From the human T2T-CHM13v2.0 reference genome, Homo sapiens, in NCBI RefSeq assembly GCF_009914755.1, contig NC_060936.1: 64,000 nucleotides of DNA; one strand, written 5' to 3'. Positions within the stretch are counted from its first letter, which is position 1, and the number at the start of each line of letters is the position of its first letter. A model generated the notes under the pieces. It did not search any database. It was not told the DNA's origin and was given only the letters and a program-made list of their open reading frames with translations. The translations under genes were made by a program, and so were the position numbers. This document shows positions 1-14,308 of the stretch, in pieces.

Positions 1-639
1 TATATGCGAAATCCTATCTGGTGTCCTGAGCTCCATTACAGACTTCAGACTTCAACTGTTTAGTGTCTGTCAGGATACCAGAATGTCCCAGAGTCACCTT
101 ATATACATTCTTTCCAAGTCGAAATGAATTATTTTCAGCATCCCATTCATATTCCTTTCTTAACTCTGTAACCACATATAGAAACCTACAGCCATTCTTG
201 ACTACTTTTTCCTCATGGAAACATAAGACTCAATTTATTTTGCATCTTAAATATTTCATAAATAAAAAAGCTGCTTCTGTTCATTCTGACTACCCTCATC
301 CTTTATCATTGATTACTTGCACTTTTGCAACAGCTTCCCATATATTTTCCTAGGCTTCAATTAAATATCCTCATCTGTCCTTCTACTGACCTTACTGAGA
401 TAATTGTATATATGACTTTGTCAGGCTCCTTCTTAAAACCATTCAGTGACTGTTATTGCCTAAAGTCCAAGCTCCTTATAAAACATTACTTCTTATATAA
501 TCAGTCCTAAGTTTAAACAAGCCCTTTGATTAAATCTAATAAATTCTTATCAGTTCTTTACTCACCTTATACGCTCAAGAAAAGTATTTAACAAAATCGA
601 CCATGTCTAGGAACTCTCTTTGGATTCTGTGATGCCATA

Positions 640-1100
640 TTTTGCAGACATTTGTAGGTGCTATGGCCAGATTCCTTCCGATTACTTTTATCATATCTGC
701 ATACCTATACTCCCCTCCTATGAAACTTGCTTCTAACTTCCTGCATTTGCAGTTAAATTTTAAGGACTGCATACAGACAACTGTGACCCTTTTGCAGAGA
801 ACAGACAGTACGTGGGAGCCAATAACCACATGGAGCTGACTTCGGCAAATACCCTATGAGAGTATAAAAGTTCAGCTCATTTGCATGGAGTTGGGAAAAA
901 TTCTGAGGAGCATTTTACCCTTCAGGTCTTGCCTAAGGAAGCAGGCTACAGTTGGGATTTTCCCAATAATCACACACTTACATGGTTTCTTCCTCTTCCC
1001 TACTCCCTTACCAGTTTCTCCAGAAATACTTTTCTAATAAATCACCAGAATGTGAATCACGTTCTGAAAGGCCTGCTTCTGAAGACATGATTAAATACTC
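640..1100 (+). mobile_element. Old ERVL solo LTR, LTR16-like
   Basis: 3' part (ttttctaataaatcaccagaatgtgaatcac...ggcctgcttctgaagacatgattaaatac) resembles the recalled LTR16 polyA-signal/U5 end; 5' boundary uncertain. Confidence 0.45.
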
Positions 1101-1420
1101 CACTCTATCCTGTTTCCTTTATCCTGCTTGGCTCCTCTTCCTTGCTTTCCGCTACCAGCTTTTCCTTCTTCATCCAACATACAAATTCCTGAGTTCCTCA
1201 GCACTCAAACTCAGACTCATTTCTCATTGCACTCTATACCCCCTCCTTAGGCAATTTTGCCCATACCTATGACTAATGTTACAATCATTTTTTTTTTTTC
1301 ACTACCCTAGACTTTTCTTCTCAGGGTTAGACAATATACCTAACTGCCTCCTCAGGATTCCCACTTGGATATCAGGCAACTCAAACTCAATGTATCTCAA
1401 TGATCTAGCTCAACAAACAT
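1100..1420 (+). mobile_element. L2 LINE fragment
   Basis: aactgcctcctcaggattcccacttggatatcaggcaactcaaactcaatgtatc is typical L2 sequence. Confidence 0.55.
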
Positions 1421-1422
1421 TG

Positions 1423-1690
1423 TATATAACATATATATATATTTCCATATATATCCATATATATATTTCCATATATATATCATGTATATATTTCCATAGA
1501 TATATCATGTATATATTTCCATAGATATATCATGTATATATTTCCATAGATATATCATATATATATTTCCATATATATATTTCCATAGATATATCATATA
1601 TATATTTCCATAGATATATCATATATATATTTCCATATATATCATATATATTTCCATATATATATTTCCATATATATCCATATATATATA
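1423..1690. repeat. TA-rich minisatellite, ~25-bp unit TAGATATATCATGTATATATTTCCA and variants
   Basis: Directly visible tandem units. Confidence 0.95.
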
Positions 1691-2129
1691 AAATACAAAT
1701 CATCTCTATATTAGGTACTCACACTATGGAGGAAAATTAACAAGAGAACTGCTGGCTTAAGCGGGCATTCAGACTTGGAGGAGGAAGGTAGAAAGTTCTT
1801 TTGGACTAGTGTCAGGAAGAGAGGAACTTTCCTTATAAATTAGCAGCCACAGACAGCCTGCCTTGTATCAAGAGGGGTGGAGAGGAACAGTTAGACAATA
1901 ATATCCTGTGCAAGAGGATGTGGGGAGGAACAGCTGGAAGATCACGTGTGAAAGGCCACAATGGAAAATGCTGTGTCCTTCAGAGTCTCTCCCAACATCA
2001 TCTTCCTGGGTCCTCATGACTTCCCTCCATCTTGTTTGCCTCACCCTAGAGTAATTAACTATATTTCTACTGAATTTTTCTGATAATTTTCAAAATATTT
2101 TCTTTGCATCTAATCTTATCCTTCTATGA

Positions 2130-2860
2130 TGTGTTTTACAGTGTTTTATTAAGTATTTAGAAATTATAAAAATCATTAAAGGCTATAAAAGATAAGACTA
2201 ACATGCCAAATGACTAATTTATCCAGCAGTTTAAGAAACCCCCTGGGTGCTTCTCTCTTTCCTCAGGCATGACCATTTTTGTGACTTTTAGTTTCATCAG
2301 TCATTCCCTTGATTTCCTTAAAATTTTATCATTTATGTCTGTATCCCTAAAATATATTGTTTATTTTTCCTATATGTTTAAAAGACTTAACTATAAAATA
2401 ATACTGTATATATTCTTCTATGACAACTTTTTTCACTCAAAATTATGTTCCTTATCTTCATATATGTTATATGAATCTTTTTTTAAAATTTTCACGGATG
2501 TATAATATTTCATTATATAAGTAAAATATAACTTATTTACCCATTCCAATGTTGATGGGTATTTGGGAGTTTTTCAATTTCTAAAGATTAACTTAATAAC
2601 TAACATGAATCATTAATTAATTTACAATTATAAAAAGGCATTTCAATGAAAATGTATATATATGCTTTCTGATATACAAATATAAGAGTTTCTTTAAATA
2701 AGAATAGAAAAAAAACGGTTCTTTGAGGATATGACTTAAGCTTTACTAGACAATGCCAAATAATTTTCCACAGCATTTGTATCAACTTTATATTCATAAT
2801 CCTACCTGCAGTGCATGAGAATTTTAGCTGCTCTGCATTTGCATTAAGAGTCATCCATTC
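2130..2860 (-). mobile_element. Old L1M-type 3' fragment
   Basis: ttatttacccattccaatgttgatgggtatttgggag and gctttactagacaatgccaaataattttccacagc match the reverse of old L1 3' sequence. Confidence 0.55.
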
Positions 2861-3312
2861 CTCATCCAGCAGTTACTATGACCTTTTACAAATACAAATC
2901 TGATTAAGTCACCCAAACCTTGCCTAAAAGCCTTTAATGGTTTCTCAATGATCCTAAAATAAATTCTAAAAGTTTAACATTGTTGAAGGATTCTTTTTGC
3001 CCTGACCTCTCCCTCATTTAGTATTTTATATCATTCTTCTTGCCTTCTATGTCTATACTGGCCTTAAATTTCTTTTTTCTGCCCCAAGGCCTTCATATGA
3101 TAAACTTCTTCCTGGAACTCTTTAATTCTACCTGTTCCTCTGATTAACTTTTCTCCTTTAGTCATATATTAAATGTCATTACAGCAAGGAAGCTTTTCTG
3201 GACTCTTCAGAATTGATTAACTCCCCTCATATTGCTGTAATTACACATTTTCTAAATATAACATTTATCTCAAAAATAATGAAGAAACAATTGTGGTTTA
3301 AAATGTGCCCCT

Positions 3313-3652
3313 ATGTCCTTTGCAGGGACATGAATGAAGCTGGAAACCATCATTCTCAGCAAACCAACAAAGGAACAGAAAACCAAACACCGCATGTTCT
3401 CACCACATTATCTCCTATAAGTGAGAATTGAACAATGGGAACATGTGGACACAGGGAGGAGAACATCACACACCGGGGCCTGTCGGGGGGTGGGAGGTTA
3501 GAGGAGGGATAGCATTAGGAGAAATACCTAATGTAGATGACGGGTTGATGGGTGCAGCAAACCACCATGGTACATGTATACCTATGTAACCTGCATTTTC
3601 TGCACATGTCCCAGAGAACTTAAAGTATAATAAAAATAAAATAAAATAAAAT
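3313..3652 (+). mobile_element. 5'-truncated L1PA (about PA7/8) 3' end with A-rich tail
   Basis: ORF2 C-terminus/3'UTR with G-rich tract and (TAAAA)n tail; flanked by near-identical ATGTGCCCC(C)TA at ~3303-3313 and ~3656-3667 (TSD). Confidence 0.9.
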
Positions 3653-3919
3653 AATATGTGCCCCCTACCAACCTTCACGTTCAATAGGTTCAATCATAGT
3701 TTCTTGTTCTGTGTTGTTCACAAATTTATTTAGAGCAACTAGAATGTACTTGACAAATAGTCAATGTTCATTATACATGCTGAATGAGAATGACTAATCT
3801 CCTCAACACATACACAGTATAGTTTATATTAATTTTCATTCTAGAAGAGATACATTTTTATTCAACCCATAGTTATGTTATTGTTTTACTTTGAATACCC
3901 CCAACTTCCAAGTGAGTGG

Positions 3920-4215
3920 TATGCTTTTCCCTGCCATTGATGCCATGATCTTCTTTGACCAATGAAATGTGCAGAGTGTCATGAAATCAGAAAGGTGAAA
4001 TGTGCTCATTCTTTTAGGTGTGCCTTATTTCCTTCCACTGGCACCATGAGAGAGGAACATGGTTGAGCTAGCTTGCTGGTCTCTGAAAAATAAGTGTCAC
4101 ATAGACAAGTGTAGATAAGCCAAATACCATCTGATCAACAAATTCAGAGATAAATACTTCTTTTTGAATGCCTCTGAGATTTGGTGGTTATTTGTAGACA
4201 GAAAAAGTTAACACA
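3920..4215 (+). mobile_element. Old MaLR LTR (MLT1H/I/J-like)
   Basis: ctttgaccaatgaaatgtg...gcctctgagatttggtggttatttgt terminal motifs. Confidence 0.5.
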
Positions 4216-5769
4216 CAGAGTAGATAAATTTTTACAAAGGATACAATTCTTAGAAGGACACAAGTTTAACAGAGACAAGTTTCTCAAGGAATTATCAATA
4301 AAATAAAGTGAATTCAATTTAAGTTGAAATATAAATAAATAGCTGCTCAAATTCATTTTTTCAAAATAACTTAGATGAAAATGAAATACAAAGTTAAACA
4401 CTGGAAAATTTGAGTGAAGAACTGCTTGATTTTAAACTGATTATAAGCCTTTTATCACATAAATCTTTTCATGTGTCTAGGCATAAAACAGTAAGGATCA
4501 TGGCTGTCATCAGCTATGAATGACAATATACCTTACTATTGTATGGGCCAGCTTTAAACTGAACACTTTCTATTAGCTGTACAGAAAGGGTTTTGTAATC
4601 TTTTCTTGGAATGGCCCCTATTTTTCAGAGCTGAAATATAAAATGCTATTAACCAATTACCAGCTATACCTAATGTTCAAGTTTAGCTTTTTAGTCATAA
4701 AGAAAAAAAAGCTTTTTAAGTTTCAGAGGAAGTGAGTATATCATAACTAAAAGCTTATAATTTAACTCATGTAGATTATACAATTCAAGTGCAATTCATA
4801 CCCGCTAAGACTATTTCTGGTGGCTTCAGCGACTGGAAATATCTCTAACCTTATAGGCCAAGAAGAGACCCGACAAAAGGAAGCCTTTCACTTCATGCCA
4901 GTGTAAGCTTGATGTCAGCATTTTCTACCTTTATTAGGAGAGTTACTGTCCTTTTCTTACAGGGGAGTGGTCTTATGTTAGGATCCAAACAACACTAATA
5001 TGAGGAAACAGTAATTCTAAGGAAGCCTCATCAACTTTATTACTGACTCCCCTGGCTTTAGTCAGTCCTACTAAGGACAAACCTCTGACTTCAGTTAAGC
5101 AAGTCTGATTCTCTCTTGAAAACTGAGCATTGAAATTCAGGTTTAGCTAATTTGATCTATGGTTTATGCCCAGAATTTAGGTGATGTAAACAGGAAGGTG
5201 GTCATGTGGATGTGAAGAGAGAAAGTGAGGCCACACACAGAGAGATGAAAATCAAGCCAATATAGCACACATGTGCAGGTTAAAGATGGAGCTTCCTGCC
5301 TAGGTTCTCAGCTGTCAATTCCATTTTCTCCCTTGTGAAGAGGTCAGTGTACCCATGTTTATTTTCATGTAATTAAAGTGAGGTAAGAACTCTGATCTCT
5401 GGGTTGCTCATTTTCCTGTCAAACTTAGCTATGATCAAATGAGGTATTTTACATCAGAATCTATTATCTGTAATCTCAGCAATCAGCTACTAGGAAATGT
5501 CTCAGTATATACCAATCCTGCTTTCTCTCATTTTCATAGCTGTAGTTCTGTGCAAAATCTAATCCTTTACAGCTGAATAGCTGAATATATAGTAGGGGAT
5601 TGTTTATATATTTATATTACATATTTAGATATTGGTGGTTACAATAACTACATAGGTAGGGATGGAGAGAGGCATTGTGGTCCATTCTTTTTTTTTTTTG
5701 TTTTTTTTGTGGAGGGTTGGGGGTTGTCGAGGCTTCAGTTGGGCTTTTCTTGTTTATAACCAAAATATA

Positions 5770-6148
5770 TTACTGTGGATTCAGTTGTGTCCCTCTCAAA
5801 ATTCATATGTTGAAGCTCTAACCACCAATGCAACTGTATTTGGCGATAGATCTTATAAGGAGGTAATTAAGTTAAATGAGGTCAGAAATGTGGGGACCTC
5901 ATTCAAAAGGATTAATGTCCCCTTATAAGAAGAGGCTCCAGAGAACCCACTTATTGTCTTCAAAATCCCACAAATGAAAGCTGTGTAAGAACACTGCCAA
6001 ACAGCGATTGTCTATGAGCCAGAAACAGAACCCTTACCAGAAACTAAATTTGTTGGCACCTTAATCATGGCCTTTCAGCCTCCAGAACTGTAAGAAAGAA
6101 ATTTGTGTTGGTTAAGCCACCCAGTTTATGGTATTTTTATATAGCAGT
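5770..6148 (+). mobile_element. MaLR solo LTR, MLT1B-like
   Basis: tgtgtccctctcaaaattcatatgttgaagctctaacc...cagcctccagaactgtaag...taagccacccagtttatggtat. Confidence 0.8.
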
Positions 6149-9100
6149 GAATCCCATGCCTGAGGGGGCCCAATATTTACCTGGGATCCTCCAAATTTCT
6201 ACATAGTGAAGCCAGATGACACAGCAACTCATAAGTTGTCTTAGTTTCAGAATCATCTCCAATGAGATACAGATCTATCATAAAAAGCACACACCTGCTT
6301 TCACAGCATGGCTTAAGGGTGAAATTTTCCCTGGACAAAACCAATTTACATTTAATTTATTGCTACCCAGAAGTATGTCTGGCTTTCTGCTTTAGAGGAG
6401 ATTGTCATGCAGAAAAAGAGGGAAACTCATAAACAACAGTCTATGACAATGTAATAGAGGTGTAGATAGCTTGTTATGGGAGAAAGAAAGACTAACTCAT
6501 TGGAAATAAAGGAAAAATTTACGCTTAGGGTATTTTTGGGAAAAGTTTACCCTTTCTCACCTGAAAAACAAGACTTCAGGTACTTAAGGTTCTTTGCTGT
6601 TATGAGATTTTTATTTTGGCTTACTTAATCAGCCTTAGTATGTTAAAGAGAAGAACCGAAAAACCAATGCAGGATATTCCGATAAAACACAGATACTTGA
6701 AAACTTGAGTGGCAGAAATTAGAAGTAAGAAGAAAAGAAAGAAATAAAAAGTGTTTTTAATCAGAAACCCTGAATACTAAACATACTATTTTAGCAGGTT
6801 GTAGATATTGTTGAACCCAGCACATGAAGGCAATAGAAACTAACATGTTGAGGGTAGAGAAATAAAAAGAACATAGGCTAGTAAGTGATTTAGGTGCCTC
6901 ACTTTTATGGCATTCTTTTCCAAGATGGGAATAATGTTGATTTATCCTTTGTGATGTCAGCCCCTAGCACAGTGCCTAGCACATAATATGTGTTAAATAA
7001 ATTCCAGTCATAGGGATGATGCGCACAAGTACGTGGTTTGCTGAAGAGGGAGCCACTAGGTGGCTGGGCATCCAGGAGAGACCACTCGGACAAATTTAAA
7101 CAGAGAGGACAGAAAAGACCTTTCATGTACTTTACGTTTTTTACATAAGCCTACATATAGTTCGTTTATATATCCTGGTCCCATATCAAGCCTTAAAATT
7201 AATATTTTTTATTTCAGCTTTAATATGCAGTCACTGTAGGCCATGTTAATAAATATTCTTTATTTTAGTAAGTAAAATATTTCTTTTTACCAGGAAAGCT
7301 ATATGCAGTGAAAACGCTGATAGATTCTCCTAATTGAAACTACATTGCTAGTTATACCCTCGAGTACAGGTCTTATCTCTACTTAATATAGGATGCTAAG
7401 AATCATGACACTATTATTAAAATAGAGACACATTATTCTTCAGGTCAGAAAAGAATTGGTATGTGTGACCAAGGGGTTTATACATTACATTTCATCACAA
7501 CATTGTCATTCTTTTAATATAGTGCAGAACACTAAAAGCTATTGTTTCCATGAATTACAACCCCAAATACTTTCACTCTGCAGATTCATTTTATCAGGAT
7601 CTCAGTATTATACATCACAACTGTAATGTGTAACATATTTTCAGTACATATCTTTATTGTACGTTATAGGCTAAAGTAGCATAATTATCATTATAGTAAG
7701 GTTTTACAAGAGACTTTATGTTTTAATTTTTATGTTCAAAGTTATTTAAGTAGTCACTGCAAGAAGAATCTTAAAAAATACTCATAAGTTATACTATAAA
7801 ACCAGTCCTTGGAGATTTTAAATTATTTTCAATTTTTAGGGGGTCTTTTATGAGAAGAAATATTTTATCAATAAGGGAGTAAACATTTTCAATGCATGCT
7901 CTTCATTTCACATTTTGCTTCAGCTTGCACCAAGTGGTTATTTTGCAGGAAAACAAAACAAAACAAAAAAAATATTAAAGACTCAACTCTGCTGCACTAA
8001 AGTAAATCAAAAGCAACTGCAGAAACAAAAAGCTGTTTAAATGCAAAACCTTGCCAACTTTTCTGTCAGGGTATACAACTTTTAAATGGTGTCTAAATAT
8101 TTTAAGCATAATAAGAAATAGATCTCTAAAACTTATATCGCTATCCACCTCTAGCTTCTGAGATAAATTCTGGCCTGACTAACCATTAGTAGATAATTAG
8201 AAATGAAATGGGAGATCCAACATTAACACAGACTTTCTTTTTTTTTGGCTTAGGAGCCTCCTTTATGCAAATTGGTAGGAGACCATTTTCATGCAGTTCT
8301 GGCAATCAGTACTTAATTTGTTGATAGCCTTAACAGTTGTGGCCAGAGTATAATTGGTATGGGCCCTTGTGCAAGAAAAATAAATTGGGTTGTGCACAAA
8401 ACTAAGCAACATAATTACCAACAATTAGACGTTAATTACCAAGTAGCAGATTCTCAAACCTTTCTCCTGAATTTGGCCAAAGCTAGACCTAATTATATTT
8501 TTATGTTGTGAAAACATCCATGTGCCTGAGATAATCAGGTGTTCCGAAGGTGCCTTCTGTAGATACTGTGTTTTGTTATGGATTCTCATGTCAGGAAATT
8601 AAATATGTTTATATTTGGGCTTATCTAATAATCACAGAAAAGTTAGTGAGGTGGGATTTGTGCTAATTTGGTAGTCATTTATTTACCTTACCTATTTAAT
8701 TTGATCACTTCTGAAAATACTGATGTAAAAAAGAATGAAAATTATTTTAGGATTATAAAAAGAAAGAACAGAAAGATTTTGCTCAGGCAAAAATAGAGTT
8801 TCTCCAAGTATCCTTCACTATAACAAAGAAATCTTTTCCAATATTAGACCCTAGGGGAACACAGCTACAGCCACAGTCTGCATAACAGGTTTTTACTACT
8901 AGATGCGACATGAAAAGTATTTATACAAAAAAATTAGCAGATCAAACATTATATTATAACTATGAATGAAAACAGTCTAAGACATTTTTGGGGAACACTA
9001 AAAATATGTTGCAGACATTCCTTTTGATCAGAAACATAATAATATTATCAAATTTTAACAGCAAAGCAACATTTACAACAGCATAGCAATATTTACATAG

Positions 9101-10223
9101 CAAAATAAACATTTTCTTACTTTGTTTTCTATGATCCGAAGACCTGAAACCAAGGTCTAAGAGTTATCCTACCAGGGAGTAGTGGTAAAATCCACTTATT
9201 TTCTTACATGTATATTCTAATTATGGCTGGCGGGTTATTCTGTGCTAAGATCACAGGTAAAATTAACATTTTTGCATTCTTGAGGGAATCCACATGTCCC
9301 ATCGTGTTTTCACTTCAACACATATTTGTTTATTCAATTAGTTAAGAGATACACATACCATTCTCTGAGGAAGATGAGATACAGTTTTCTTCTTTTCTTT
9401 TTTACATTAGTCCTCCTGCTTTTTCATCTTCCATTCACTCCCCTGGACTGAGAATTGGAAGTTAATTTTAAAAGTATTTTTAATAGAATGTTATCTACTG
9501 GTTTCTTTTCCGTGTTCTCTTATTCTATTTAAATCTCTCTAAGAACTGGGAAGTTATCCGATCTAATGGCCTCTTCAAGGTCTTCATTCTAGACACTGCA
9601 GCACTGGATATTTTTGAGATTTTCCTATTTCTTGAAAGCTTCTCTTCCCATGAATTTTATAATATTATTTTATTTATTAATTAAAAATTTAGTGTCTTCT
9701 CAATAGTAATCAGCAAAATGTAAAGTTTACCATCATTGAGATTCAAACCCTTTACAATTGGACAACAATCGACCTTATTTGGTACTTGCTTTATACATTC
9801 TAATTCTCTCCTTTTTTTTTTTTCCAGATTATAACATGTACTTTCATGTCCATTTACCTGTATCCTTGCATTTTCCACACCTGGCAATGTCCTACATATA
9901 TTAAACTTCACCAACTCTGTAAAGTTTGGAAGTATTTCTACTGCACAACACTCAACAAACAGACTAAATTATCAGACCATCTAAACAACATTGGATGGAT
10001 TCTTTCTTGTCTTTAGAATGTCTAGAAAAAGATGTGGAACACCTACATTATGAAATGTGTGTGTGTGTCTGGTGTGTGTGTTTATGATTTTTATTTATTT
10101 GTTTTCAACTAGAAGGGCATGCATGTGTTGGACCCATATATGTCTTAGAAAGGTGGGTTGAGTTTTCTAAGACTAGATGAGGTGAGGGTATAGAGAAGAA
10201 ATAAGATAGCAGAAATTTATTAA

Positions 10224-10518
<295 letters not shown>

Positions 10519-11169
10519 TATTAAATGTTTTAACAGTACATTTTTAAATATTACTTAGGATAGTTTTTCCTCCTAAATAACATGTCTGGGTGAAGTATAA
10601 TCCTAATTTGAGTGGAGCATTGGAGATATTTACAGAAGAAAAGTTGGCTCTCCTTTAAAGTTGGACAAATTGCTATAGTGTGATGGATTACTAGAGAGGA
10701 GGAAAAAATGGAAATCATATTGAGTGAAAGTTTTTCTATTTAAGGGAATAAATCAGTAGTATAATTACTTATGTTTACACTAATATTAGTAACTTATAGA
10801 GGAGACACTGTAAATTATGATATATAGGTAAGGGATCCATTATTTGGACAGCATAGAAGCACATACAGAAATATAAAGTGGTCTCTCTAAGACAATATTT
10901 GAGAGACAAATCTAAGGCTAAATTTAAAGCCTCTTGATTTCAGAACAAAATATTTACTGGCTTCCATTGAGAGTAAAACGAAGAAGAGAGAAAAATTTGA
11001 AAAACCAAAACAAAATAATGTTAACAAAAACTACAACATCTATATTGAAGCATTTCATAAAGAACTACTAATTTTGAAAAGAATAATAAAGTGAATGTCT
11101 AATTAAATGGCGCATTTTTAAAAGACTTCTTGCAAACACTCTTTTTGCTGTCACTTAAAATTTGTGCTC

Positions 11170-11329
11170 CTTAGAGAGTGAAAGGAGAGAACCAGGAATC
11201 ATTAAGCCTAGTACCATAATGAAATACCTGCGTGATGAAACAATCTGTACGACAAGCCTCCATGATGCAGGTTTACCTGTGTAACAAGCCTGCACTTGTA
11301 CCCCTGAACTTAAAATAACAGTTAAAAAA
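11170..11329 (+). mobile_element. Short L1PA13-like 3'UTR fragment
   Basis: aatacctgcgtgatgaaacaatctgtac...gtaacaagcctgcacttgtacccctgaacttaaaataa followed by A tail. Confidence 0.8.
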
Positions 11330-12954
11330 CATTGTGTGCTTATCATAATTTCTTGAAACAAATTGTATATGCAAAACTGTGCCTCTGCATCTGTTAAAAT
11401 TACCCTGATTGGCCACTTGCATTCTCAGAGAGAAGGGTATAGAGCTAATTGACCTTGCCAGAGACCAAATGTACCTACTGTGTTTTAATTTGGTGTGCAA
11501 TTCTATGTCTGTGCAAATTTTCTCATGCCAATTATTGCACTTCAAAAAATCTGCATCCTACCAATATCTTTGCAACTGAACAGAAAGAGGAGAGAACATT
11601 CTCTAAACAATGCAATTAGAGCAGTATAGGCAATTAACTTTGCTATTTAGTCTAAAGTAGACAGCACTAAAGACAAAGTAATAAATATTCATAAACACTT
11701 TACCATTATATGGAATTGCAGAATAGACACACATTTTTAATACACAATACAGGCAGTCATATTATTAAACTTAATGGCATCTGAGGAATGATGAAACTCT
11801 AAGAGCCTTGAGCTTGTAATGAGATAAGCTTGTAGCCTGATCAGCTTGCATACAAATCATCTCATCTGAATAAAATTAATGTTTGATTTTTATATCTCTC
11901 CTCAAGCACTGCTGTGCCCCCCTATTCATTTTATGAACAATTATTGAAAAGAAAATAAAAGTTTAGCCCTGACATGATATATCAGTGGGAGGGTCTACAA
12001 AACATGACATTTTAAGTTCTTATTTCTGGTGTTGAATGTAAAATTTCTTATAGGTTAATAATTGAAGAATGAATTATTGATGCTAAATACAATGTGAGAA
12101 ATATTTTAAAGCTTTTACATTAATATAGAAACTGTTTATTTTTTAAATTTTTTCATAAAAATGTTTACTTTTAAATTTTTTTCATACTCCTCAATAACAA
12201 CATGCCTGTATTTAATGTTAAAATGAGTGGTATTCATATATTTAGTTGGGTTTCCATCTGCAAAAAAAGCTATTCCCTCTAAATCCTCATTTTAAAATTA
12301 TAATATTAAAGGAGATAAATGTGACATGGCTATGTCATTTCAAGATCAGTCAAAATAGAAAAAATATGTACTTCATTTTAACTTATGTAACCAAAGTTTA
12401 CATTTAAAAGTTTAATTCCAAAGTAAGTTTTCTTGTGTCACTTCTTTTTGAGGTGAGTTCATTTTTACAGTGTTCACTTAAGACAAATTCCAAGCATCTC
12501 AGGGCAGGATATTGCCCTCTTCTCTCACATTTTATACAGCGCCTAGTAACATTTAGCATGCCATAGCTATGAAAGAGTAAAAAGCACAAAATCTAAATTT
12601 TCACTAAAAATCTTAACTGACAAAGAAAGCTGTAAAGAAATTATCTAAAGTAGATACTCCTTGTGGGTTGATATCTTAGAACATAATTCTTCAACAGGGG
12701 TCTCATATTATAGTCATCCAAAACATGACTTACAGTTATTTGAAATATCAGTATGAAAATTTATCTTCAAATACAACATTATGAAGAACTACCATGGTTC
12801 TCAATAAAGAGAAAATTTAAGGCATTCATAAATTAAAGAGAGTATTTTAGGAAAAGTAGATAAAATGGTAAATTAAAAACTCAAATTTCTTTCTTGAATT
12901 ATCCTAGTTTACTATTAGATATTCATTTCACTGTATTTGTGCAGACATCTAAGT

Positions 12955-13295
12955 CAGTGGTCCCCAACTTTTTGGCACCAGGGACCGGTTTCATGGGAGA
13001 CAATGTTTTCATGAACTGGGTGGTGGATGGGTGGAAGATGGTTTCAGGATGAAACTGTTCCACCTCAGATCATCAGGCATTAGTTAGATTCTCATAAGAA
13101 GTACACAACCTAAATCCCTCTCATGAGCAGTTCACAATAGTGTTCTTGCTCCTGTGAGAATCTAACGCCCCCGCTGATCTTACAAGACATGAACAGACAG
13201 TAAAGCTCATTCACCCTCCACTCACCTCTGTCTGTGTGGCCTCATTCCTAACAGGCCAGGGTACCAGTCCGTGGACCAGGGGTTAGGGACTCCTG
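12955..13295. mobile_element. MER1B hAT-Charlie MITE
   Basis: TIRs cagtggtccccaac...gttagggactcctg; 8-bp TSD ATCTAAGT (12947-12954) / ATCTAAAT (13296-13303). Confidence 0.9.
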
Positions 13296-13609
13296 ATCTA
13301 AATGACATAACTGAGTATTAAATGGGTTGAAACATATAAGGGCATACAATACTGCCTGGCAAATAATACACGTTCAATAAGTTTTAGTTATTACTCAATA
13401 ACTGTCCCTGCACTTCCACTCCCTTTAGTACTCTTATGCCCACCAAAAATCACTTGTGTTAGTTTGCATACATGCTTTTTGCAAGCTGAACTTTTCCTTT
13501 AATTCAAAAATTATAAAATTTGGAAAGAATCTGCAGTCAGATTCCAAGTTCTATTAAGAGTTCCTTCTTCAAAGAAACAAAACCTGGAAATAGTGGATGG
13601 TGCAGTATG

Positions 13610-14240
13610 TGGTGGTTTATACAGGAAATTGTGTTGGAGGTCTTCAAGATAACTTCAAGCTCAATAATTTGCTTGAAAAACTCACAGGATTCAGAAATCT
13701 CCTAGGTTTATGGTTTATCACAGAGAAAATAGAGATTAAAAGCAACAAAGGGAAAAGGTGCAAGGTGCAAGGAAGGAAGTCCAAGAGAAACCAACAGAAG
13801 TCACCCCAGGGGTCCTCTCCCAGTGGAGTCTCATGGTGATGTATGTAATCCTTTCAGCAATGATGTGTAACAATGCATGATAAGTGCTGCTAACCAGAGA
13901 AGCTCACTCAAGCTTTGGCATCCAGGGTTTTTATTGGGGGTCAGTAATGCAAGCATGCAATGCCAGTGCAATTGAACTCAGCTACTCAGACTCTCCCCTC
14001 CCTCAGAGCAAAAACAGGCATTCACCATAAATCACATTCTTAGCATAACCTTTACTGCTCAGACTGGTAAAGCATGTCCCAAGGCCCCAGGTATACAAAA
14101 ATATTCTTATCAGTAGTATATTTCAAGTTCTCAGAGATTATTTCCTAAGATTCAGTCAAAAGCCAATACCAAAGACAGACCCTTCTTTGGAATGTGCAGT
14201 TTGTGAGCAACCAAGACTGCTGAGTTAACCTTTTTCTGCC
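13610..14240 (-). mobile_element. MER21-type LTR
   Basis: ctcacaggattcagaaa, gaagctcactcaagctttggcatccagggtttttattggggg and ttcaccataaatcacatt match recalled MER21C. Confidence 0.7.
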
Positions 14241-14308
14241 TGAAATTACAAAATGGAAGTGAAATCAGTGCCCCAGAACACACAGCGGAAAAAAAAAATG
14301 TTGACACT

